DNA of 64,000 nucleotides from Glaucostegus cemiculus (taxonomy: Eukaryota): contig CDPCPM010000052.1 of the NCBI GenBank assembly GCA_976551045.1, forward strand, positions 9,982,001 to 10,046,000. Direction: 5' to 3'. The notes under the pieces were generated by a model. The model worked only from the letters and a program-made list of their open reading frames with translations, was not told where the DNA came from and made no database searches. Position numbers and translations under genes: made by a program. The stretch's first letter is position 1. Each line of letters begins with the position of its first letter. This document shows positions 1-54,744 of this stretch, in pieces.

Positions 1-3000
1 GCAAACATTTGCAAATGGATTATTTAAAAGTTAACAGATTTCTGAAAACGTGCACGGGTCTTTTGGCCCCACCATTACACAGAGTTGTCAAGACAATATA
101 TAAATAATTGATCACTGTAAAACATACCCAATGTTGGTATGTTTCAACACATCAGTACATATTAAATAATGTAGTGTTCAGGAGACCATTGATTCAGAGG
201 AATAACTCACCAGTGGGACTGCTTCACTGATTACATGTGTTCTGAGAAATGCATTACAGGGATTATCTATTTTTATAGCAAACTTGTTGATCTTTAATGA
301 GGGTATCTCATTTAGAATATAAAGGAAACCATTCTCCTTTGTTGAATCTGTCTGCTGTGCTGAATTGGGGCAAACATTCCTGCAAAACAAAAACTGAGAA
401 CTATAGGCTTCTTGCCTATAATATTGTCATACAGAAGCACTAGACAATAGTGGGTTGATGGGAAAGAGAATCATCCACCAGATGGCAATTTGGGTTACGG
501 CTGCAGAAGCTCAGGGGCCAGGTCTTAAGCAGTGTTGCATGTCCTTACAGTGTTCAAGAAAATAAGCCCATGCATAGTGCTTAAAATTATGGAACACCAC
601 AACTGTGTTGTAAATGGATTAAAATACTAGTGATAGACAACAGAAAACCAGATCGCCAGTTAGACAGTCACAAGGATCCAAGTTCTAGATCTGCCCATCA
701 CCTAACACCTTGGAAACTCACCTTGGTTTGCATGTGGCTTCATTTCTTGGCCAGAAGAGTAAAGAAAACAAATAGTGCACTCAGATTATAAGCACATCTT
801 GAATAAATGAACATGAGCTTTACCATAGTCATCATGGAGAGCTTTAGCATTTCAGACACCTTACCAAAAAACTATCCATTAGTATATCCTCTTTCTCCCA
901 TCAAAACTTGAACTTCTGCCAGTACAGAGAGCTTTCATTCAGCTGCTGAGGCAAAGATCACCATGATGTATTGCTACTTTCTGAAGCTACAAAACAAGAT
1001 GAAGACAATTCTATTTCTCAGGTTGTGGACTTGAATCTCTTAAAGTGCAGGTACCTTTACAAAGAATCATAATGCTACATAAGTATCTGATGATGAGCAA
1101 TTTACACAATATTATTTTCCAATAGAAGCTATTTGAATAGCTTAGGTTCTTCAGTAATAGTCATCAACCACATCCCTCTAATTCCCTTCCCAAATGTTGT
1201 GTTGTCTTTTTCTTGAAATTCAGCTATGCAAGGCATATCAAAGTAAACACTGAGTCACTTTTCTACCAAAGTAAATGGAAAAGCTACAGTAAAATGGTAC
1301 CTCCAGTTACTTTCTGCATGGTACTGATTATTCTGCCACACTCACTTCAGCATGTGGTTATCAAAGTAAATAAACATTGGGAAATTGGTGTAAAATTTTA
1401 TAACTTTAAAAACTAGTAACTGCATTGACAGGTTAGAGTTATTCAAGTGCATGCACTTGACAAAGACTATGATCTTTACAAAAATAGGAGAACAACTCAA
1501 GTGATTCCATTCTTCTGCCACTCAAAGAAAGGCCAGGATTCAAACTGTGTTGTAACTTACATTCAGTTACTGGAAATGAGTATTAGTCTTTAAAAACTAT
1601 ACCACATCTCTTTTCGGATTCTCCTAATCACATGATTATTGTCTCTTATCTTCCCCCAATTCTCCCACAAACTACATAAAAACAGAAAATTCTAAATCCA
1701 TCATCTGCAGACAACTGAAATGATCCTGAATGCCACAACTTTGTAAAACATTAATCTACAACTTCACAGTTTAATCCTTTCAAATTCACACAATGTTATA
1801 GGATGCCAAGGTTACACTACACAATAAAAATATCAAGATGATTGTTTTTAAATTAGCCCTGCTTAAGACTAATGACTACTTTAAAATGAGAGCTGATCCC
1901 CCCACCCCCGGATGATTTTTAGTGAGACTCCTGATTAAATCCTGATCTTTCCTGAAATTTTAACATTATAATCAAATGTATAAAAGTGATACCAAAAATA
2001 TGAATTGAAAACTCCCATCAGAGTAGAAATGTTAACAATTATGACAACCTTTGTTATACCCTCTTATATTCAAGCAAACAACCTGGATTGAGAATTTAAT
2101 TCAGTTAAGAGGTCTACAGTGGTGATGCAGAAAAACTGTTCTGGAGCTCAATAAGAGGACATATTCAGTGTGAGACACAATAACTTGGAAATCTTTTTCT
2201 TGACAACCAACCTTCCAACAAAGATACTAATCTGGGTTATTTAATTACACACACGTACTCATAGTTGTCTAGACCAGTTCACTGGCAATCAGAATGTTAA
2301 TGAAGTGAGCCCAGCAGTCAGGGATCAGTTGAAATGTGCCACATACATCATATGTTCAGGATTATCACATAGCTACAGTGCTAACTCAAACTGTGCAATA
2401 GTGCCAAACAGACCAGTATGTACTAACATAACTGATGACTGCAAATAAACTGAATTAAATCCTTCCAACCAGATTTGATCAACATAATGGAGGGTGAATG
2501 TCACCAGAGATTATTTACCAGAATGTATACTGTAAAATTGAAATCCTTGGATTCAAAATGCACATCTTATCAAGGGAATTCAGTCCATTACAGACAAATG
2601 GAGGCCAATATTCATTATGTACTTGTATACTAGTGAACTATGTACAGTGGAGTGCAGTATTCTAAATGCCAAAGGCAAGGATAGTTCAGCCTTACAAGAC
2701 TGTCTGCGGTAATCCATCAACACTGATGCCAAAGTTGCTAAGTTATTGCAATGCGCATGAATACATATGCACATTTATTTATTATATTTATCCACATGCA
2801 CTATACAGGTCATGACTTAAAAGCATGGTACTATTTTTAACGAATGAGTACCTATTCCTTATTTGGTGTCATGCTCCTCCAGGAAAGGACTCTCACTTTG
2901 CAGAATCAATAACTTTTCTCCTCAACATTTAGCACTTATAGACACTAGAGTGCTGGATAAGAAGGATTTATATTTTGGGCAGCAAGATGTGCGTGCTAAT

Positions 3001-4131
3001 GTCCAATTCAAATGGTTCAATTAGCTCTATTGGAAATACAGCACTGCTCATAACCCATTCTCAATTGTAATGGACAAAATATGCTGCAAGAAGTGAAATC
3101 TAAACCGTCACACTCTACGAAAAAATGATGTTATCAAAGTTGTCAGCCGCTTCAGTTGCAAATAATTAACAAACCATTTAAGTGTTTAAGGAAAAAAAAA
3201 TGTACTATTGATTTTTGTATTTGTATAGGATTTCAATAGTGCATCCTTAATTCTACACATTTGTGGCACTTGCTGTGTAAAGAAACAGCTAAACACCATG
3301 AAATGAAATAAGCCATCAAGCAACTAATAAAACTGCATTCAACAACTGCCATTTCTCCAAGTAAAATTCCTCTGTGAATGTAACTTAGAGCTATTTAATA
3401 TTGTGCTGCAGTCTTGAACTAATGGAAAATTTGACTTATTCCAAACTACTACTGTGGGAATTGCACCTTACAGTCATTATGAAAATCACAAGTTGAAATG
3501 CACTACATCTTGGTCAACCTGATTTTTCAGTACATGGCCAAAATAAATATGAATGGATTATCAAGTGACATTGTATGACTATGTTTTTTCTGCTTGTATG
3601 TCACAGAAATAATTTAAATATTCCAAATTTCTGATTTTTGTCCCCCATTCACAAAAGAACCAATGACGAGAAGTTAGCTGATGCACCATGCTGTAAAGCC
3701 GTGACGTCAGGTGCAATTTACTGTATAAGAAAGGAAACTAGCACATGTCAACAACCAGAACTCAGTACAATTCTTCTATGCAGCCATCCTGCACCGTTTC
3801 AAATGGATACTCTCTTGCCCAAGTTGGGTACATATCCTGAATTCAACTGTGGATATTGAATTAATAATTATCCTCTAATGAGAAGTACAAAAACCTCAAG
3901 TTCACATTACCTTGCACTGGTATCAGTTTTACTCTCTGCTTTTCAAGACTGAGCAGCAAATGAAACAGCATTTTTTTTATATAAAATGAAGTCTTAGCAT
4001 TCCAGATATCCCGGGTCCTTTCTGATTTTTATATATATATATTTAGATATATATCATTTTTTTTAAACTGTAGGGGATCCTTATGCTTCCCCATCTTCTG
4101 CATTAATGCCATGGTGTTCAACTGGTCCAGT
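1..4131 (-). other. PRRC2B: Probable long 3' UTR of PRRC2B (end not resolved)
   Basis: AT-rich, without the recognisable retro-element debris seen in the introns; an AATAAA on the minus strand at 2779-2774 is a candidate poly(A) signal. Confidence 0.5.
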
Positions 4132-46083
<41,952 letters not shown>

Positions 46084-48488
46084 CGAGTACACTGGTTGTT
46101 TTCAGCACCGCTGAGAACGTGCCGCTCACTGAGGGGGGTGCAGGGGGAGGGAAAAATAGAAATGTTGTTCAGAAATGTGTTCATCACTCATGGTTTCAAA
46201 ACATAAAACCTCCTGAATTGCACACAGAAATAAAGTATTACTCTTTCAAAAGTGGAATGAAGCAGTATCCAATAAGGGCTCATAAATAGTAAAGATATAC
46301 ACAAAGTCACATTTTGAGGTGAAATTATTATCTTTTATGGATGTGTATCGGTTCCGATTAAGAGTTGCAGTTAGAATATATCACAACAAACTAATGACCA
46401 ATGTGCCAGCAGGGCTCTGCCCATCACTTCAAAGGCAACAAAGCACTCCACACTGACAGTCTTCCTATTCTGGTATAAATTGCTACTCTCCAATGAGGCC
46501 AGCTCCCAGCAAAAATATAATGAACACTGCATTATTCCTCCCGAACAGCAGTGAGGACTTGCACAAAGGAAAACAGAATTAGGAAGCCAATGGATACTAA
46601 CTCCACAATTCAATGGGAAGTTAAAAGGACGTCCCTCCTTCCGTATTAACTAAAAAGGAAGCTATCATAGGTTAGGGGAAACATTTGAATTATTTGAATA
46701 ATTACTATCACTCTTTACCTTTATTCTCAATGGGGATGGACATTAATGCATCTTGAGATTCTCCCATCAACCCTTGAAAATTGGCTGGAGCTGCTCCAGG
46801 TGATCAGAGCAGGATCAGCAGCCTTCAAACTTCCTGAATTCTGATCTTTGTGCCCCAGAGCAGATAATGTTCAAAACTGCCTACCTTGACCATCTTCCCA
46901 GTACCAAATTTTAATTTGTGTATTATCACCAATGAAAAGTCAAGGATTGCAGTGAACCAAATGGCTTTGCTAACAGTTCAAAAAGTCAAAATGACAAGTA
47001 GAGAAGTTTCCCGTCAGGACCTGTGCTGTGCCAATTTTCCCTTCAATGCTCATCTCTGAGAGACAGATGATGATGGAGTGACACCCCAGGGACTAAGTTA
47101 AAACCCCTCCAGGGCAAGCTGGAAAACTAAATTTAACACAATTGGTAACATGTGGGTTACCATTAAAAAATGATAATGAAACCCAAACTGGCTCATTAAA
47201 TCTTTGGTAGAAGGGAACCTGCCACTGTGCCTGGTCTGGTGTAAAGATGACATCAGTCCTCTAGTGACCACTTAGTGGATGAGTTAATACCATCAGGATA
47301 AAGCAGAAGCTACAAAGCAAGAACTGCAAGTTATTTGCTCATCAACACTGGATCAATAGTGATCAAATCAAACAATAACACAAGGAGCAAGATTGGACCA
47401 TATCATAACAGATTCCCATCAACAGTTTAGTTCCTATGTACAACAGTCCAGAATCCCACATAAATTATAAACTGTGGCCTGGACATAAGAATGATTACAG
47501 ATATCTAGAAACCGAATCACTGGATTTTGCAGCCATGCATGCAGTTGCCTTGACACAAAACCAAGTTGTACATTTAAATCTGTTAAAAAAAAACACTCTC
47601 AGTTCTTAAGAGGCAAAGCCTCCTCACTGGACCACTGGAGGTCCTACCGAGCTCTCGCCCAGATGCATCAAGCCAGCAAGAATGGCCTCTGCACTTAGTA
47701 AGTACAGGTCTGGGGTAATACATCATGAGTTTTTTTGCAGAGAGACCAGGTCAGTAAGATCTAGCCAAATTATTTTTGAGCACTGTTAAGTGCTGAAATA
47801 AAGTAAAAGACAAACTAACCAATGCAAAATGACAATTATTTATATTTTCTGGTTACCCATTCAAGATTCTACCTCAACTCCCAGAGAGCTGTCCTGAAAT
47901 TAGAAGTAAAATAAAGGCAGATTTGTTTTTTTTATGTTGGCCCAGCCATTTGACTGCCATTGTCATGGAGATATAACAAAAAAATTCTTAGAACAATGCA
48001 CAAGGAAACCTTGCAACTAGTAAATAATGTGATTGGAGCTCACCTTTTAATGGATTAATTGAGGGTGGCAGAGAGATCAGGAAGCTATAAAGATGCCTCA
48101 TTCAACCACTTATTGCTTTTCCTACTCACCATCATCGTGTATTCTCCTACTCCCCCAGCTGTCCTCTCACCTGATCTGAGCTACAATATCAGAATATACC
48201 CTACATGTGAGACACGGTGCTCAGGCAGCCTCTAATGCCCATTCTACACACAAGACACTATTCATAACGCTGTGTCTATAATAATCAAATGTTGGCACCA
48301 TTGAGCTTCAGAGCTTAAAAGCTGCTACATTACAGAAGCTACTTAAATATCCCCCAAATCAATGCCACAATTAGACCCAGAACCACTGATCAATCACAAT
48401 TTCATCTAAATGGTGTTTTTTTTCCATTAAAGGACAGTGTTCAGGGGCAGTACTCCATACTAGGTGAAGCAACAGAAATTGTTCCTGA

Positions 48489-48680
48489 GCGTAAAACTGC
48501 TGGAGAAACTCCTGGAGCATCTGCAGAGGGAAATGGACAGTCAACATTTCAGGTCAAGACCCTTCATCTGAAGGGAGCATCAACTGTCCATTTCCCTCCA
48601 CAGATACTGCCTGACTCACTGAGTTCTTCCAACAACTTGCTTGTTTGCTCCAGATTCCTGCATCTGTAGTCTCATGTCTC
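48489..48680. mobile_element. Short fold-back element with 16-bp TSD
   Basis: CAGAAATTGTTCCTGA direct repeat at 48473-48488 and 48681-48696; internal inverted repeat GAGGGAAATGGACAGT / ACTGTCCATTTCCCTC. Confidence 0.75.
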
Positions 48681-50059
48681 CAGAAATTGTTCCTGATTTG
48701 GTTTGGCTAAGTTAAAATCTGCCTTCACTTTGCAAATTGCTGTTGATGTTTATTCCCATTACGTTTTCACAATAGTGTCTCAACATTTAAGGTTACAGAC
48801 CTCTTAGTGAAAGATCAGCCAATTACTTCACTGTTTCTGCTTTCCTGTATATTCTGAGTCTCACCTTCACTGTCAAAGCACAAAAAAAGTATACCCACCC
48901 ACAGTATGGATGGGAATGCTTCAATTCCTTTTGAATCTCAACTTAGCAGTTCCGGCATGAGACAGAGGTCACTGCAATTTAACGATTAGGACTTCAGTAC
49001 TAGCACTGCAGTCTACTTCTCTTTTGTCTTCTTTGGCAGTCCCCCATGGTCAAGGATGAATTGCTTCTGTTCCAGTTCTACAAGGAACCAAAACAGTTGT
49101 ATGACCAGGCTTTGTCACAGGCAAAGCAGGGGATACGTGATCAGTGGATGGACAGGTAGTTTGGGAGTCCTTTTCTTTTCACAAGTGGCCTCCACTTGCT
49201 CTTGGTGTGGAAAGTCGAGTGTGCTCCTATGGGTTGCTTCTCTGTTCTGCAGAGTCAGGGCCCAGGGATTCCCATGAGGCAGTCAACAAGGGGATGATGA
49301 ATTTTCCCTTGAAAAATCCTCTGTCCTCTAGTAAATCTCTTGCCTGGTGAAACTGCTCATCTTGGGAGTGTTGCTAAGAACGTGACTCAACCACCGGACT
49401 GGTCGAGCACAACTTAGCCTCAGTAATGGGGATGTTAACCCAGGAGAGGCAATCGATTTGGGGGATTTTGCAAAGACAGCATTAATATATTTATCCAATG
49501 CTTTAATATAGGTTACCCAGGACTCCAAAGCATACAGGAGGGCAGGGACAACTGCTGCTCAGTAAACCATGAGCTAGGTGCTGAACTGAATGGCCATGGT
49601 CTGCACAAATATCCCTTTCCTCAACTGAACAGAAAATGCTGGAAGTACTCAGGAGTCAACCTTTTTGGTTAATGGCCTTTCATTAGAATTGGAAGAGTGA
49701 GAAAATAAGTGTTTTAAGATGCAGAAAACCAGAGAGTAGAAAACAGAAGGAATGAACAACTTCAAGTAAACAGTTTCCTGTTTTTGTTCCAGATTTCCAA
49801 GGTTTGCAGATTTTTCTTCACTTGTCAATAGGGTTTGCTGACACACAAGCTGGTGGTGACTTTTATCAATGGCTGCCTTCCCCACGTAGCAACTCTAGAT
49901 ATATGAATATCCATCAATTATCAAGTTAGTTATAATCTTAACTATGGAGTTGAGCTGAAGACAGCTCCTTTTCTTGCCAGCTCTGCAGATTAACTACATT
50001 CCAGCTACAACCAAATTGGTGGCTAGATCCACTATTTCTAAAACAATAGAGAAGTAGGT

Positions 50060-50720
50060 TGAGGCAATGATCATCGTCTTCACTGGGTTTGGGTCTGTGG
50101 TGGACTCATTGGTTAGGATCTATGCTCGCATGCAGAATGATAATGAATTTCTATGGAAGGTCAGCTGTGAAAGGGTTCACCATAAACTCTGTGATTGGTA
50201 GTCTCGAACGTTATTGTGAACTTGAAAAAGACCAGGTACAGTGGTTGGTGTTGATCTCTATACTTTTTTTGGGTCTGTTGCATGGTTAAGATCATGCTCA
50301 CTGCAACTCTGGCTGAGCAAAATCCACACTGTGATACTGAGAGGAGCTTTTTGGCCACTGGGAGAAGGCATTTGAGGAGGATCCTTGCAATGACTTTCCC
50401 CAGGGCAGAGAGCAGGATTAGGATCTGTAATGACCACAATCAAATGTGTCTCTGTTCTTGAAAACATTCACAATTAGCATGTGCAAGATCCATGGCGTGC
50501 TCTCCTCTACCTAGAAGAGGAAGACAAGATCATGAATTCATGCCAGAAGTACTTCCAAGTTTTAGTACTGGCAGGGATTTCATTGAAGGTTCAGCTTGAA
50601 GCCTTGAAGGTTTTCAGCTACTGGAAGGCATTTTCGACCTGTTGCCTACCTGGGTAGTGCCAAGAACTTGGAAGTGTTTCTTCCAGGGGAGTCTGATTGT
50701 ACCTCTATTTTTGATAAGCT
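50060..50720 (-). mobile_element. Decayed RTE-clade LINE fragment
   Basis: ILLLSALGKVIARILLKCL...SQCGFCSAR...QKKYRDQHQPLYLVF resembles the start of an RTE/BovB reverse transcriptase; frame-broken. Confidence 0.7.
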
Positions 50721-50769
50721 TTCTTCTGTTCTTGAACATCAGTAAGGAGCTTTGGGTGTTTCGGCATCA

Positions 50770-50970
50770 CAGTAGAAGCACCAACTAAATGAGGCGCTTC
50801 ACAGACCATGGGCTTTGCTTTTTTTGTTCTAATTGTGTTCTTGTGAAATTTGTGTTTAATTTATCTTTTTCTTCAGAATGCTGTTCGTATGATGCTATGT
50901 GCCTGTGATACTGCTGCAAGTAAGTTTTTCATTGCACCTATGCATATGACAATAAACTCAACTTTGACTT
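50770..50970 (+). mobile_element. LINE/SINE 3' tail remnant
   Basis: Ends in GACAATAAACTCAACTTTGACTTT, a poly(A) signal plus short repeat tail typical of non-LTR elements. Confidence 0.5.
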
Positions 50971-52324
50971 TTGTTACTGTGAAATTTAGCATGGTACAGA
51001 ATACAATCCCTCAAGCAGCAAAGGACCCTCAGTCCCTCAAATATGTAGCTTTAGGGGGAAACAATCAGAAACAGAACTGCACCTTTTCCCAAAAATGTTA
51101 TCTCATGAAGATGGGAGAAACAGTCCGTCTTGTTTTTCCTTATAATGTATATTAAAAGGATGAGACAATAAATACTTTTCACACGAACAAAAATTTAATT
51201 AAGACTGACACAAACCTTTGATAGAGGAAGTATTGAACAGAATTAGAGTTGAGTGCTTCAAGCATCATTTTCTACAGAGCATCTTTTACACTAGTGCACA
51301 GAAGGTAGCTGTTTAGTCCACCAAGTCCATACCTGCTCTCTGTACAGCAACCCCCTCAGTCCCAATCCCATACTCTTTCTTTGTAGTCACGCAACTCATT
51401 TTCCATCATCTTCAATCTACCTTTAAAGTCCTGATTGACTCAGTTTCTATCACTCATACAGACAGGAAGATCCAGGTCATTAACATTCTCTACACAGGAA
51501 GCTTTCTCCCTCCACCCCTCTATTCTTTGCATCTATGTCCCCTGGTTCTTGAACACACAGTAAAGGGAAAGGCTTACCCATCTAAATGACATGGTTTTGT
51601 GCACTTCTATCAAATCTCCTCTCAACCTTAATTTGCTCGAAGGAGAACCACTCCAGCTTGTCCAGCAGCAGACATCTGGAACATCCCCTCTCTCCAAACA
51701 AAAAGTATTGAGGGTGGGTGGGGATCATTACAAATCTTCAAGTGAGGTTGATGTGGATATACTTGAGTAAGGATATTCAAGAAAAGCAGATTACTACATA
51801 GGTCAGCCCTGATCTAATGTGCTGTCAGATGTGTCTCATTCTGTCCCTAGAAAAGGACTGGAATCATCAAATGGGGGGGACAGAGACAGGACTCCAGTGA
51901 ATTGCATGATCTGAAGCATGCTTATACCAGACATCATGACTGTAATTGGATACATGACACCCACTGCCATGACTGCACGGACAAACATATTCTTTTTGGG
52001 ACTGTTTCCCATATGTCTTATGAATTGAATGGTTAAAGCATACCGTTCCCAGCACAGACTTGGCCCTTTGCTGAAACTGTGACACATCTCAGGATGAAGA
52101 GTTCAGAACAGAGTTCCTGGAAAAGGCTTACCACAATCAACTGCTGCACGCACACAATGTACAGTTAACTGAATCACCAAGCAGTAGCTCTTAATGAGTG
52201 ATCAGAATCCTCTGGATTTGAACCATCACTTGGAGTATTGCACTGAATTACAGCCTGTAGCTTCCAACCAGACTCCCCAATGCTGCCCAAAACAAGTTCA
52301 ACAGGCACTTATAACTCAAAATGG

Positions 52325-52872
52325 AAGACTTACATTTCTATAGTGCCTTTCATAATTCCAGGATGCTCAAGATACTTTACAGTCAATGAAACCATGTACT
52401 CAGTATGTAAACACAGCTGCCAATTTGTATACATCAAGCTCCTTTAGACAATAATGAGACAATGACTAGATAACTTGATCTTGTTTAGTTACGTGAACTG
52501 AGAAATAAATATTAATCAGGATACTATGGACAACTCCCCTCTACTATAGAATGGTGCCTGGGGCTCTTAGCTACTTGGCAGAGCAGATGGCCTCTTGGTT
52601 TAACATCTAATCAAAAAGATGACATCCCTGGCAACACAGCACCTGAAAAACAAAAAAAAAGAGAACCTGCAAACCTAAAATAAAAGCAAAAAATGCTGAT
52701 AATGCTCAGCAGGTCAGGCTGCTTCTGTAGGAAAAGAAACAGAACTAGCATTTCAGGTTAAAGACCCCCTCATCAGAGGATACTTGAACACTTAAGTTTG
52801 TGCTCAGTTCCCTGGACTGGACCTTTAACTCCTATCCTTCTCACTGGTGAAAGTGATAGCTCATGACTGACA
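52325..52872 (-). mobile_element. Deu-SINE (SacSINE1/AmnSINE1-like) remnant interrupted by a Penelope-like repeat end at ~52645-52780
   Basis: ACTTACATTTCTATAGTGCCTTTCA...GAAATAAATATTAATCAGGATAC...GCAGATGGCCTCTTGGTTTAACATCT resembles the reverse Deu domain (from recall). Confidence 0.55.
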
Positions 52873-53697
52873 TGTTACGAAGTGGCTTACTATAGGCAAA
52901 TATTCCTTTAAGATGGGACATTGTGTGTGTGTGCAACGTATTACGTCAACAGAAGATAAGACCAACGTGATGAGGTCATTATAAGAAAGAAAAAGAGGAG
53001 AGAGAGAGAGACAAACAGACGGAGAGAGAGAAGGAGAGACGGCAGTCTTTTTTGTTTCTGTCGATGGATGAAGGACAGTAACTGTGTTTGTCACTAAAAT
53101 CCATGGATGGATTTCTGGAGTAGTCCAGTAGAGTTCACTTTGTCGGTAACCTGTAGAAGGACACAGGTGTTTGCGTGGACAACCACATTTTGGATGCTCT
53201 TCAGAGTGGCAGATACTGTAGAACAAGGTGACGGAATTCACTTTGCTGCTAACCTGTAGAAGAACGCAGGTATTTGCATGGACAGTCACGATCCGGGAGT
53301 TTTCGGGGTGAGAAAGTCACTACCGAGTTAGCCCTGAAGTGTCGTTTGAATTTTGAGTGGAACATTCGGATTTCATGATTCCTCTCTAATCTCTCTCTAT
53401 ATCTATGTTTTGTCTTCGGTGGACAGTGCTTGTGAAGAAGCCTTTATTCGTGTTTCATCTTACGGCTTATTGAACTGAACTTTAAGAACTAATTCCTGGA
53501 CTTTGAGCTTAAGAATGTGACACGCACACACGACGAGTAGTTTTGGGGTTATAGTTTAAGATTCTAATATTTTATTGTGTACTAATGTAGTAACTTTTTA
53601 TTCTTATTTTACGTATTATCGGATGTAGTTATTAATAAAGTAGTTTTAACACTGAAGTATGAATTGGTGTGCTTCTTTTGTTGCTGGTTTCGTAACA
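52873..53697 (+). mobile_element. Solo LTR (Gypsy-like), 825 bp
   Basis: TGTTACGAA...TTCGTAACA terminal inverted repeat; 4-bp TSD GACA on both sides; TATAA at ~52980; AATAAA at ~53634; internal ~34-nt direct repeat at ~53149 and ~53251. Confidence 0.85.
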
Positions 53698-53828
53698 GAC
53701 ACAACATCTGTTTGAGTGCAAAGGCTATCTTGAAGAAACTGGGGGCATTATTAGGATCCAGCAAGTCTCATCTACAAGCCAGGGGAATGAAACATCAATC
53801 CCTACTCAAGACCTTAATCAGCACAGGT

Positions 53829-54157
53829 ACCATAGAACAATACAGCACAATACAGGCCCTTCGGCCCACCATGTTAAACCACGCCTAAGACTATCTAACC
53901 CCTTCCTCCCACATATCCCCCTATTTTAAATTCCTCCACATGCTTATCTAACAATCTCTTGAACCTGACCAACGTATCTGCCTCCACCACTAACCCAGGC
54001 AGCACATTCCATGCATTAACTACTCTCTGGGTAAAAAACCTCCCTCTGATATTTCCCTTAAACTTCCCACCCATTACTTTAAAACTATGCCCTCTTGTAT
54101 CGAGCATTGGTGCCCTGGGAGAGGCGCTGGCTGTCTACTCCATCTAGTCCTCTTAAT
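53829..54157 (-). mobile_element. CR1-type LINE 3' end
   Basis: TRGHSFKVMGGKFKGNIRGRFFTQRVVNAWNVLP..VVEADTLVRFKRLLDKH is the typical CR1 ORF2 C-terminus; (TTCTA)-like tail. Confidence 0.85.
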
Positions 54158-54254
54158 ACTGTGAGGTTGCTCCACAGTCAAAGATAATTCATATAAAACA
54201 TTAAACTAAGGTCCCATATAGCTACTCTAGGAACAGTTTACAATCAAGAGCAGG

Positions 54255-54530
54255 ACAGCAGAGAACAGTGGCACTGTTCCATACACCCCAGTTCAATTCT
54301 GACCTCAAATGCTGTCTTGGTGGAGTCTGCATCATCTCCCAGTAACTACGTGGGTTTTCCCAGTGCTCTGTTTTTCCCCCACACCCCAAACTGGTTTCTT
54401 GGTTAATTGGAGTTGTAAATTACGCCTCACAAGGAATCCGAAATTGGAGGGATTAGTGAGCACATGTGAGGCATTGAGGGTGAATGGGATTGCCCCGACA
54501 GCTGGCACAGACTTGATGGGCCAAAAGCCC
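54255..54530 (+). mobile_element. V-SINE copy
   Basis: GTGGAGTCTGCATCATCTCCCAGTAACTACGTGGGTTTTCCCAGTGCTCTGTTTTTCCCCCACACCCCAAA matches the V-domain. Confidence 0.65.
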
Positions 54531-54744
54531 CATGTCATCAGAAACCATGGAACAGCTTGTCTCAAGCCATCCCCCTTTACTATCAGCAAAAACAGAGGAA
54601 CTGATCATGAACATCATTCCTGTCCTAGGACAAGAACAATGCAAACTGCAGTTAAAGCCAGATGTATTAGTGTAGTAACTGAACGCAAGGGCTACAGACT
54701 AACTCCAGCAACAGCAAACAGGAGTTAATATACAATAAAAAAAC

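Noticed and set aside
690-750. Possible SECIS element that would recode the terminal UGA as selenocysteine
   Set aside because: An ATGAA...AAA...TGAT pattern exists on the minus strand but the helix pairs poorly, and the UGA aligns with Arg rather than Cys. SECISearch could settle it.
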